The notes below the pieces were generated by a model. That model made no database searches, was not told where the DNA came from, and saw only the letters and a list, made by a program, of their open reading frames with translations. From contig OX638154.1 in NCBI GenBank assembly GCA_951804945.1, positions 42,904,001 through 42,968,000 on the forward strand: 64,000 nucleotides of DNA, read 5' to 3'. This document shows, piece by piece, positions 1 through 12,128 of this stretch. The translations under genes and the position numbers were made by a program. Positions within the stretch are counted from its first letter, which is position 1, and each line of letters starts with the position of its first letter. This DNA is from Podarcis cretensis. Lineage: Eukaryota.

Positions 1-776
1 AGACCTCTCACCTTCCATTCCATCTGGCAGACCCCACCCTTTCACCATTATCAGTTTCTTAATAACGTAATTGATCAATGGGCATGGGACTGTCGGCTTT
101 GTAATGGCTGGCCATTTCAGAGGAGTAATTAATGCACTTGCATGACCCTGTATCAATGGCAGACACTTCAAAAGTACACAATCCTTTTGCTTTGAGAGAT
201 TGTATTACATGAGAATGCCCCTGTGACGTCAGGGTTCACCTCCTATGTAGGAAGGCAATGATAAATAGAGAAGTTTCTTCCATAGCTCATTTCCTATCCA
301 CCTGTTTCTTTATCGACTAGTCACTGAGATCAGTGGTACAGTTAGGTAATGTTAGACTGCACTAACAGCACAGAGTCAATGATCTTATGGAGACCCATTT
401 CCTGTTTCATCAGTAAAGGTTATTACTTCCTTCAAGAAGCTGTAAGACCTAAGTTATCCCTGTTTAGGGACTCTCCCACTCATTGTGTGCCCTGGAAATC
501 TGCCCTGAAGTCTGGCTTTGACAGCACCACTGACTGTGTTATCTACTGACTCCTATATAAACACACACACTACATTCATTTAAACACAAAGCTGCCTCTT
601 TTCTCAAGTACCTGTCTCTTCTCTTAAGTGGCTTTCTCTCCCCCCCCCCCCCGATTTTTGTCCATTCCCTTTAAAAAACAAACAAACATATTTCAATTCA
701 GTCTGTCCATGTATAACTCTTGTTTACATTATGTGGTCACACAGCTTAGAATTATCCTGGACAGAATTAATCTGGA

Positions 777-1147
777 AGCGGGTGGTGCTGTGGTCTAAAC
801 CGCTGAGCCTCTTGGGCTTGCTGATCAGAAGGTTGACGGTTCGAATCTGCGCAACAGTGGTGAGCTCCTGTTGCTCTATCCCAGCTTCTGCCAACCTAGA
901 AATTCGAAAGCATGCCAGTGCAAGTAGATAAATAGGTACTGCTGTGGTGGGAAGGTAAATGGCATTTCTGTGCACTTTGGTTTCCATCACGGTGTCCCGT
1001 TGTGCCAGAAGTGGTTTAGTCATTCTGGCCACATGACTCGGAAAGCTGTCTACGGACAAACGCCGGCTCCCTCAGCCTGTAGTGAGATGAGCGCCACACC
1101 CCATAGTCACCTTTGACTGGTCTTAACCGTCCAGGGGTCCTTTACCT
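777..1147 (+). mobile_element. Sauria SINE (Squam1)
   Basis: tRNA-like head with A/B boxes (GGTGGTGCTGTGG...GGTTCGAATC), typical body and ggggtcctttacct tail; highly similar to the copies at 40346 and 60221. Confidence 0.88.
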
Positions 1148-2000
1148 GCAAAACATCCCCCTTCCTTGTGTGCAAGAATTGGATATGCCCCCATCAAATA
1201 TGAAAGGTGTTCTGACTAAAGTATACTGCTGCTTTAAATTTAAGAACAACACATATAGCCCAATCTTATACATGTTTACTCAGAAACAAATCCTGCTGAG
1301 TTCCCCAGTAAGCATGCAGACAATTGCAGGTTTCGTTTTAGTGTATTGTGTGAGACACAAAGGGAGCAAGCAGGGGATGGATGGACATTCAGCTGAATAT
1401 CTCTTGAGAATCTGACTGGTGAACGAAGGATGGTGGTAAATTGCCTGCTTACTTCTTTTGTGCCAGAAAGAGCAATCTGAAGGAGAATTGGAATCAATCC
1501 AAACTCCCACCGGAGTAGGCTGAGGTCAGAGGAGAACGTGGAAGGTTATTTTGCCTTAAAGAGTGGCTCAAGCTAATGCCCGCGAACATCTCTGCCGGCA
1601 TTGATCATGAAGACGAGGCCAGTTCCATTCCCTGTTCAGTTGCCTCTACTAATAAATGTCTTCTGCTTCCTCCATAAAAGTTTCACACAGTGTTTGTGTG
1701 AGAGAAAGATTAGAGACCCAGCAGAGCAAATGCCCAGAAGTAATTTCTCTAGAACCAGAACAGACTCCATCCTTCCCCCTCCCCCTCATAATGGCTTGTC
1801 TGTGTACAAGAAAAACCTTGTCTGTTTTATTGGTATCTTTTAATTCCCTTCATTGCAGCTCCTTATGTTTCTGTCTGGCTGATTTGTGTTTATAGTAAGG
1901 TGGCTTCCCATGCATCACAAAAAAGAGGATGAAAGGTGACGAAAGAGGAGACAGATTGGCATAGACTGATGTACATATATTGATGTGTATGGGGTGTTAG

Positions 2001-2831
2001 GGGAGGGGTAGTACCTGCCAGGCTTCTTCTGGGGTAATCTGTCCACCTTTGGTCCCCACCCTGCACTCAGCTCTCACCTGCGGCTCCTAGAAGCTGTCAG
2101 CATGTGACCATAGCCACACCCTGGGAAACAGCTTTAACTGGTCAGCTAAACCAGGCGAGAGTAGTCGATGTGTCTCAAACCCTCTGTGCATTAAGGACTT
2201 CCCCTTGCCTGTGAAGTCAGGCTCTGGTAGATGAGACCAAAAGATGAGGCCAACAGTGGGTCCAATGGTCAAGAAGGTGGTTTCTGCATGTGTTGTAGAG
2301 GGAAGTGAGGGGCAGATGGGGCTCATCAACCTGGGAAGGGAGCCATGTAAGAGAAGAAATACTCTGATCCCAGATCTCTGATGCCTTGCAGTTATTTGTC
2401 AAAAAGGCTTCAGGAGTAAACCCTGAGTTAAAGTCCATACCCGATGCCTTTGAGAGAAGAACGGTCTAAGGAGTAAACCCTTCACAAATCCAGAGTGGAG
2501 CCTTTAAACGGTTGAATGGCGCCTTGTACACTTCCTTCTGACAACTCCTGGAGCCAAGCTGCTGCCAAACGTATTGCTCTGCTTTCCTTTGGACCACATC
2601 AACGAAGCCCATTGTCTTGTTGTCTGGGCAGCTGAGGACCTCCATACACACTGCCCAGGCTTGTGCCCTAGAGAGGTCACTTCGGTGCTGCTAACATAGC
2701 GAAAACAATGTGGGAGGCAGCAGTTATGAGTTGCCAGCCTCTGCAGCCATGGCAGGTACTGTGATTCTCCAGTGGTTTGATTTCCCCCTTGGAGGTGCAC
2801 TCCAGTGTATCTTGAGACAGACAGATGCCAG
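2001..2831 (+). mobile_element. Non-autonomous retroposon, probably Vingi/RTE-related; family uncertain
   Basis: GC-richer block without a long ORF, resembling squamate LINE-derived repeats (ggaagggagccatgtaagagaagaaatactctgat...gagacagacagatgcca), followed directly by a microsatellite tail. Confidence 0.5.
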
Positions 2832-2900
2832 GTATGTATGTATGTATGTATGTATCATCTCTCTCTCTCTCTCTCTCTCATCTATCTATCTATCTATATC
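2832..2900. repeat. Compound microsatellite (TATG)n(TC)n(TATC)n
   Basis: Direct inspection. Confidence 0.9.
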
Positions 2901-5573
2901 ATCTGAAATATGTAATTAGTGGGGGAAACTGTGTGACCAGGTGATGTGCATTTTCTCAGTCTACTGTCCAGGTTCTAGCAGTTGATGGGCAACATCATGA
3001 CTCCTGTTCTTCCTTCATATGGGTCTTTGGGTGGCATTCAATGGAGCACCACAGGTTCCCATCCCATCCCATCCCATTCTAATCCATAGCCAAACTGCTA
3101 CCTGGCACTTCCTGTGCATTTCCGCAGGGCAGCATCTTGGTGTAAAGAGATGGTGCCTAGAAGACCAGTAGGATGGAGACTAAAGGAGGCTGAATGTGCT
3201 TGGTGGTTCAGGGTGGAGTTTGATGGGCAGATAGAGTGAACAAAGGAACCTTTTGAGCCAAGTAGAAAGGAACTTGTCTGCTTATGCTAGCACTTCAATC
3301 TGATATTTTACTCCTCCCTGGAGAGCCTGAGGAGGCAGCTAAAACGCCATATCAAGCCCTGAGACCTGACAAGCTTGTTGAAAGACTCCTAGGCTGCTGG
3401 GATTTGTAAAAGAAACCAAATCCTTCCCAGAGCCTTGTTTTGCCTGGGCATCGCTGGAGCTGAACGGGGTGTGGGAGACTCTGATATCTTCATCCGATTA
3501 GTCAGATCTGAAGCAATTACAACTTCATTAGCTAAATAGGCTCTTCTGTTTCCCACCCTCACCACTTCAAGGCTTTGCCCTTGGGATCCTGCTGTTAAGA
3601 GCTGCACAGAGGAAGGCTAGAATAGTAGTAGGAGGAGAGCTGCATGGTGCTAGCCAATATAAGGGGAGAAGAAGCATTGCATACAGCTCATTTGTCAGGC
3701 CTGAAATGGAGAAGGGAGATCTGGGTTGAAAAGGAGCTATAAGAGACATCAATTTAACATGCTTTCATATTTCTCTTGCTTTCAGAGACTCATAGTATAT
3801 GGAGGGACCTTCAAGATCATAAAACACTCCAGGGGCCAGCCTTAGGTAAAAAATGAGGGGACAAACTCAGGGGACAGAGGGTGGGAGGCACAGGTGGCAG
3901 GCCATGAAGTGAAGAGTTTAAGCAATGAAAAAGGACAATATTATAAACAGTTTAAAACAAACTACAGTCATAAGAATAGGATGGGTCCATCTATCTGTCT
4001 GACGTGTCAAAGGGCAGAGCAAAGAGATACATCTTCAGGATTCATCATGCAAGTTGAGAGTTCCTTCTTCCATGTAATGATTTAGATTTGCACACATTTG
4101 CATAAGGGTAAAAACAATATTTCTGAAGCAAGGAGCGTACTCTTTGTTTTTATATGACACAAAAGTTTCATAGCAAAAATCATTCTAGAAGATCATTCTA
4201 CATGTGTGAGGGAAGGCAAGATGCTTCTTTTAAAAGGTCACCTACAATTTTTACATTGTACCTGTATAGAGCTTTCAAGTTTTCAAAGTGCATCAGATGC
4301 ATTATCTATTTGTAATCTTTACAAGCAACCCTGGAAGGTAAGTCAGATTTCCTATGCTTCATTTTGCAGGGGCAGGTGCAGGGGCAGGGGCAGTGGTGGC
4401 GGCTTTCTTAAGGCCATACAGTTAGTTCACAGCAGAGGTGAGATTTGAGCTAGGGACCTCCAGGTTCATTGTTTATTCTCTTAGCCACTACACCAGCTCT
4501 CATAAGCATTCACATCAATAATATTCTTTCTATATAATTAGGAATGGACATAGGTGGGGAGCCCCAGGTAGTCAATTAGTATAAGTCACCCACAAATCAT
4601 CAGAGAAAACTAAGGGTGGAATTCAGTGGGGTATGTGTGTGAGAAATGCAGTAGGACTTTCATCCCACAGACGTCCCCCAAACCTGTTCTGGGTTTCCCC
4701 CAACCCCCCCGAGTAGATTTAGGGGGCTTGAGCAATGGAGACGGGATAAAAGTCCTGTTGCATGAACAGACCTCATTCCATGAATGCCAACTACTTAGCT
4801 GAATTCTGCCCACACATTGGGAATCTCCATTATCCAGGAGCATATCAATTTGAGACCTCTCCAGGGGTATCTAGTTGGTCAGTTAGAACAAGATTCTGGA
4901 CTAGATGGGCCACTGGCTTAATTTAGTGGGGATCTTTGTATGTACTTGTTAGACCCTCACTATATTCATAGTCAGAGATATAAAATAGTAGAAAATGAAT
5001 CTGTATTCCTTGGTGTGATGGACACTGAGCAGTGTAATATTTTGGAATGAGAATTCTGGGATGGACAAAGTCCTTCTTTGTCTGGAGTCATGACCCAGTG
5101 TTCATTTGCCAAGCAGAGCTCAGCTCTTAGGTACAATGGGGCTGTTATCTAAGTGGATCCATGGGATGAGAAACCAAGGAGCAGGCAGAAGCTCACAGGA
5201 GCAATCAATATAAGGTCTATTTCGTAGGCTTTTACTTAGATTGTGCTATTCCTGAAATAGAGAGCAGCTGGGATCTAACTGGATTGCCTTGGGGAGTGAA
5301 ATGATATTTAACTATTATGGTAATGCGACACCCCTTGAGTGGGTTGTCATCAGCATGGATTGAATGGGGAGTGGGGAGGGAGACTGTGCCTTCGGAGTGC
5401 AGATGAGAACTCCTGCCTTTTTGAGAGCATTTTGCATTCTGAGTTCTTGACAGAAAAGGCCCTCCATTCTCCCCATCTTCTAATCATCCATTGCAAGCGA
5501 TCTTTTTCACATCACTGAGCAGTTCTTCAAATGAAAAGGAAGCTGTGCAGCTACTAAACAGAGAGCAGCACTT

Positions 5574-5576
<3 letters not shown>

Positions 5577-5607
<31 letters not shown>
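5577..5607. repeat. (TG)n microsatellite
   Basis: Direct inspection. Confidence 0.95.
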
Positions 5608-5609
<2 letters not shown>

Positions 5610-6002
5610 GAAGAAACACCCATAACCATTTAACAGAGCACCAGGGTCTTCCAATCTCTGGGCTGCTCCATCTGTTAATATAATTTTCCATAAGGCAAGA
5701 TTTCACTCAGACCTTCTCCGGTTCCTGTACATTTATTGGCAGCTGGCTTTGCTCCTTCCTAAATGGACGCTTGCTTATGCATCACCTATATGATTTCCCC
5801 TTGCAGTCGTTTGTCAGGTAGCATATGCCATTTCGAAATGGCAGAAGGGCAGAGAGATGACCGAAGCAGTACAGATCGTTAGCTGCACCTCGGGAAGACA
5901 GCCTTTGAAAACCACTCTTGCAATGTTTTCAAGCATCAGGGTAGCTTTTGACTTTTTGTTTATCTCCCTTGTATCAAAAGGTGGTTTCACTCCATACTAC
6001 CC

Positions 6003-6339
6003 CAGGGTGGCCAAGTGTCCTACTTTACAAGGCATTTAAAGGCAGTGCTCTATTTGAAGGACTATCCAGTCCAAGTCCTGTTTAAAGTGAAAGAAGCATA
6101 AGAAGCAGCCTTGAAGTTGCCCATTGACACTTAACATCTGGAAAACAAACTGAGCAGGCACAAAGATCACCTGAGCACAGCCTTCCCAACAATGGTGAGC
6201 TGTACTGTATTTCTATTTAAGTTAGAGTTATCATTTTTTAAATTTGTGCCTAAGCATAAAAATTAATGTATACAATTTTTATGCAACTATGTCCTCTTTT
6301 TTCCTTTTCCCTTTTGACTTTGTGTAAGTGGCCACACTA
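6003..6339. mobile_element. Old hAT (Tip100-like) non-autonomous element
   Basis: Imperfect termini CAGGGTGGCCAAGTGTCC ... TGGCCACACTA. Confidence 0.4.
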
Positions 6340-6377
6340 TACCACCCAACTATGATGTGAGTTTCCTGGTTTGTGTA

Positions 6378-6608
6378 ATAATAATAATAATAATAATAAT
6401 AATTAATAATAATTTATTATTTGTACCCGCCCATCTGGCTGGGCTTCCCCAGCCACTCTGGGCAGCTTCCAAAAAATATTAAAATCCTCTAATACATCAA
6501 ACATTAAAAGCTTCCCTAAATAGGGCTGTCTTCAGATGTCTTCTAAAAGTCTGATAGTTGTTGTTCTCTTTGACATCTGGTGGGAGGGCGTTCCACAGGG
6601 CGTTCCAC
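6378..6608 (-). mobile_element. L2-clade LINE 3' fragment with (TTA)n tail
   Basis: cccgcccatctggctgggcttccccagccactctgggcagc...gggagggcgttccacaggg; homologous to the 26595 copy. Confidence 0.75.
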
Positions 6609-9077
6609 TTGCCACAGGAAACTGTAGCCAATCAGGACCTCCTTTTAGCATTCACCCATAATAATTGCTTGTTTGTAAGTGATGGATCTTACATTTTAGC
6701 GTGCACAATATTGGGCAATTTCTGATATGCCAACTTACCTTGAAGGGTTTTTGTAGGGATGTTCTGCGATAATGGGGATGAAGTACCTTGAACATTCCAT
6801 GAATTATATAAGTATATATATCATCACCATTAATATTACTAGCCAACTGACAGCAAATATACAGTTAACTTTAATTTCTTCCAACCTGGTGTTGATTTTG
6901 CCAACTGGGCTTAGTAAACCAGATGCTAAAAATAAATGATGTATAACTTTTCAGAGCATTTCCATTAGAAGCCACAAAACACTACATATGGCCGAACTGT
7001 TTGATGCAGATGCATACATAGTTACAAGAAAGCTAATATTGAAAGTGTTCTGTTTTATCACTCACATTTGATTTAATAACTTTTTGGCTTCGAGCACTGC
7101 AGAAAACAGAAGAAAAAATAGTGAGCAAAACATACCAACATTTATGCCAGCACTGCTTTTTTTTTTTGCATGTGAAAGTCAGCCATTTTGCATGTGAAAT
7201 TTGCTAAGAAAGCATTTGCCCGTGAAACCATCTCTGCCAGCTATTTATTTAGTCTTTGCTGCTCCTTTTCAAAAAGAAACGTCTTTGGCTATTTTCAGCA
7301 ATGATAGATACAGCCTGATCCTCAAGAGCCCTGTGTTCAGTGATATGAGCAAGGAACTGATCTATCTAACCATTTCAGGTTCCAGCTACCAACCTAGCTG
7401 CGGGGCCATTCTTCCTCTCTTGCGTAGGAGACAAATGAATGTCGTACTTGGCATCTCTTCTGAACAATATTTTTATTATGTTTAGTGTTCTCTATACAAA
7501 AAGAAAAATCACTTTTCTTTACAGTGATTCAAAAACATTTCTGAATATTTTGGCCTTTTTCAAATCGCTCATGCAGTCCATATATTAAACATGTCTCCGT
7601 AGTCTGTAAAGCTACTCACTGTAAGTCATTCTTTACAGTCTCAGATATGCATTCATCTATTGGAAAGCAGATTAACACAGAATGTCCTTTTTTTATTTGT
7701 TTAAAAAGAAGGCAAATAATTACATAGAATGTATTGGAGCAATGGGGAGGACTTTAAGGAACAGGGTGTGTGTGAGAGTGTGGATATTTACAAATTAAAA
7801 ACAAACAAAACAAACAAACAAACAAACAGAAAGCAGTACAATAATTTGTTGGTGGTGTTTGAAACCTCCATAGCGCAAAGGGTGGTCTCTCCGCTTTCAT
7901 CGGTTCAACACGAGGGGGTGGGGGCCCAAGACTGCCTTCTGACATCACGATCGTACCATGAAATTTGCTTGAAAGGGACAGATCAAGAGAGAGGCACTCC
8001 TGGGTTACATGGAGAGCCACATGACATTCTGGATTTCTTACTATCAGAAAAGTCTTGCTAGCTCTTCTTATTTAAGATGAGCTGCAATGCGTAAAAGAAA
8101 ATGGATTTCACATTTTATTACTATCATTATTATTATTATTGCTTAGCTGAAGACTTTTGACACTAGCATAGAATTAAGCCTGGTGCAAGGCATGCTTCCT
8201 TTATAGGTCAAAGTCAATATTCCACATTTCACATTCTCTACATTCCGGGAAGTGAAAGTAAGGTTTGTTTTCTTTCCTGCAGCTGCTATAGCTGAGATGA
8301 GGGGAAAGGCCGCAATAGGTCATTATGAGTCAGGTGAAACACGTAAACAAGAAGCTGAGCCCTAATGGAAATCAATGACTGGCACTCTCCTCGGATATTC
8401 CTGACAGGTAGCAGGGTTGTATCTTGTTTAGACACATGAATCCAGGTCATTATAGGCTGATCGATGGCAGGGGTCAGGACTCTGTTATGCTAGTTGACCT
8501 GTGGGTCACTTCTACAGGGTGGTAATTGAGTGGAAAGACAATGTCAGGATTGTCCAAGATCATGTTTCCTTTGCTGTAATTGTAGCATCACCAGCACACA
8601 AGGCAGAATATGTGTCTCCCCTACCCTAATGTTCCACAGAAGGTGAAGGTGTTCATTTAACTGCCAAACACAAAATAAGCTATGGAGATTGCCTCCTCTT
8701 TGAACTTGCTGGCTCAACTTAGCAACAGTGAAGGCAGGCAACAACATCTGGAACTGCCTGCAATTTCCCCAAAACATGAAGGATCTGCATAACAGACACA
8801 TGGGTCAGATCTTTATTTGTAAAGTTAAAAATGGAAATAAACCTATTATAGTTTTCAACACAAGCCATGAATGGTATAATGGGTGACTGAGTGGCATAGC
8901 TGATGTGGTTACATGAGCCAACATCTCAATAACCTCCGGAGTCAGGAACAGGAAACTGTTCAAAATGTCAGATGTTACTACACCTGCCTGGTATGCAGGA
9001 TGAGCATAGGGGAACAGGTTCCATATCTGCTGTGATAAGTTGGCAGTGTGCTCTTTCACTAATCCTTATGATTAGAA

Positions 9078-9212
9078 TAAGGATGGGGAATCTGTGATCA
9101 TCCAGATGTTGGGCTCCAACTCCTATCGGCCCCAAGCAGTGTGCCCAATGGTCAGGGATGATGGAAGTTGCTGTGGTCCATTATCTGAAGGGCCACAGGT
9201 TCCCTATTCCTG
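9078..9212. mobile_element. Diverged palindromic hAT-type MITE
   Basis: ccagatgtt...caactcc...ccaatggtcagggatgatgg...ggccacaggttccc; same family as 24266. Confidence 0.75.
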
Positions 9213-10535
9213 TATCTCAGCAGCCTTTGTAGTTGAGAAGACTATAGATGATGTTTCAACAATGGCTGCCTACTTCTCTGACTGTGTTGCTTGCACCACA
9301 CTCAATTCTTAAAGTGGAACACGTCAGTGAAGATTTGTTAGTCTCTTGGATGGGACTAAAGGGACTGCTAAAGGCAATTCCACAGGAAAATGCTTGTCTC
9401 CTAGCATCATGAATATTATGTTGCAGAATTGGACCTGCTATCAGGTGTAAGACAGGAGGAAGAGCAGAATTCAAATTAGATAGATGGATCTCTCTCTCTC
9501 TTTACTGTAGTTCACTCTCTCTTTAGCCTATGCAATCAGGTCTTCTGCTGCAGTCAACTATCAAACTGGCCCCAAAGTCAGTGAGCACCCAGTGGTATTT
9601 GAAACCTTGTGTCTTGCCCCTAACTTAACAAAGCCTGCTACATCCCTCTCAAATATTTTAGTAGGTTCAACACCCATTAGCTTCCAAGATCAAATGGCAT
9701 CAGGTGTGTTCACAGTGGCATGGCAGTATGCCTCTGAAAACTTAACTAAAAGTAGTATCTACAACACAATATGCATTGTGCCTGGTTTCATAGTTGCATT
9801 TAACAATAGTCTTAGATGTTATTTTATTGTAAACACATTGCTGCTGATGGAAGCGACCTCAAATACTGTGCATGAGACAGAGATATAAACCTTTTCAATA
9901 AAATACAATAAAGTCTACTTATGGCTGTCTGTTCTATAGCAGTGGTTAAAGAAGCCGTCAATGCATGCCACATTTTGTCCATTGTTTGGTTTCCCTCAAT
10001 ACTCAGCAACGGTAAGAGCCTTTCCAGCTGATCTCTTTTCATTTTGCATAAAAGCATTTGCTGCTCATTTGTTCAGGCTCCCAGATGTTGTTGTTTTCAA
10101 GGTAGAACTCTGTATAGGAATGTTGCATATTCTCAGCACTCAAAACTGTATTTTAAAACTGGGAAATGCAATCTTTCTCCTGGGTAGCATGCAATGTGTA
10201 ATTCTTAGTGTTGTGTGGAATGTGGCTAGCCAGGAGTGGCAGCTTGGCCCCACAAGCATGGGAGCCTGGTACCATGAGTGCCATGCAGTGTGCATGGCCC
10301 TGGCACCTAAATTTGCGGGTGTTCAGTCCCTTCATGGGGAATTTTGTGGGTGTCCAAGCACCCAGGACCCCAGGGAGTTGGCACCTATGTGGATAGTGGA
10401 AGCATCTACTGGGTAGAGGGAGACATAAGTGGGGACAGCCATCTCCTCACACTCACCAATTTGTGATATTTTCAAATTATGCCATTCTTCCAATGCTCAG
10501 GAGTCCTTTGGAAGCACAGGAATGTCCCCATAGTC

Positions 10536-10674
10536 CAAGGAGTGGGGAAACTTTGGGCCTCCAGATGCTGCCTAACTACAACTCCCATCAACCCTAACAA
10601 GCATGGCTCATTGCCAGGGGTTATGGGAGTTGTAGTTCAGCAGCATCTGATAGGCCCAAGGTTCTCTACATCTG
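10536..10674. mobile_element. Diverged palindromic hAT-type MITE
   Basis: Arms actacaactcccatca / tgggagttgtagt. Confidence 0.8.
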
Positions 10675-11996
10675 CAGTAGCCCCTTAAAGAAGGGCATAC
10701 AGCAGCAGATGTCCCCCTCTGTAGTAATGCCCCAGCAGTTTGTGCTGTTTTCTTCTTTGAATGCAGTGTGCTCTTGCATTAGAGCCCATGGATTCCAAAG
10801 TTAAGAAAAAGCAGTGAGCACACACATACCTCTCCCTTGCAGCTGAGGTCCCCTTCCCCATCCATTACTAGAGGATGGGGTAGCATACTACTCATACTGG
10901 ACTGGGGATAGGTTGCTGCAGGAAAAGTCCAGGCTTCTAATAATTCGGAAAGGCTTCCTTAGCTTGTCTAAACCCATCTCAATACACATCCTTAAATGGC
11001 TCCAGGGCAGGGGTGAGCAATTTGCTCTCTACTGGGAAAACCATACCCACATTTATACAAGGGCGCCCACAGAGAATACAACAAGGAATGAGTTACTGGC
11101 AGTTCAATGACTTTTCAGGGAAGGAACCTATTTAGTTGATTTATTCCTTATGAGAGAATTCAAGCCTGATAAAGAAACATCTCACCAAGTGTTCTTGGCT
11201 TTTATTTCTGTTGCGTTTATATAGGGCTTTAATAATAAGATATGTAGCTTCCGAACTCATCTCTCATCTCTTAAGCACAAATCCATTCCTGAGGTAAGTA
11301 TACTGACTATAATGGCAAATGCTAACAATATTTTGTCAACTGTAAGTTAGACTTATTCTTCCTGCTGCAGTTAAAGGAAAGCAAATGGCCTGGTACTGGA
11401 GCAGGTTTTGCAAATAGCATTGCATGCAGAACCCTGTCAGATCTGGTTTCAGAACTGCCTTCTAAAAGAACACAGAGCCATTTAATGTTTTTGTTAAAAT
11501 TCAATCTTTCCTCAGCTTTCATCAAACTCCTGCAAGGCATCTCTACATCCACTAAAAGTTAGCCCACCCGCTTAGCCACAATATTTTTCAAACAGATGGT
11601 ATGAGGGAGGCTTGGGAGGAAAAAAACACATGTGCACAGAATAGGATTGCAGGCACGATAGACTAAATTTGGTTGTTTTTAAAAGGTCTCATATAAAGCT
11701 GGCTACATATGCCTGGTTTTATCTTGTGACTTGTAGATAGGCCAAAGTTAGCCAGGTCCATCTATATAGGAATGCTGCCTTAAGTTTAGGGACAGTATAC
11801 ATAATGCTAGAAATTTGTAGTTTGTGGGCTGGATTGGAAAACATATGTGTAGCATTTTGGGAGGTGCCACTTTTAGTGGTGCCACTGTGCAAACAGTTCA
11901 AATGCATGCAAAGTGCATTTAGTTGTGTTGCAGTATGTTCTCAGTGGTAGTGCGTGTTTTCTTGCGAAAGATCCCAAGTTGCGTCCCTGGCACCAC

Positions 11997-12128
11997 CAGA
12001 GAGGGTGAACCTGTGGTCACCCATCCATTTGGTGCCATCTCCCATCCACTCCAGCTAGCATGGCCAATGGTCAGGGGTGACAGGAGTTGCAGTCCGGCAA
12101 CATCTAGAGACCACAGGCTCCCTATCTC
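11997..12128. mobile_element. Diverged palindromic hAT-type MITE
   Basis: aacctgtggtc...tggccaatggtcaggggtgacaggagttgcagtcc...gaccacaggctccc. Confidence 0.7.
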
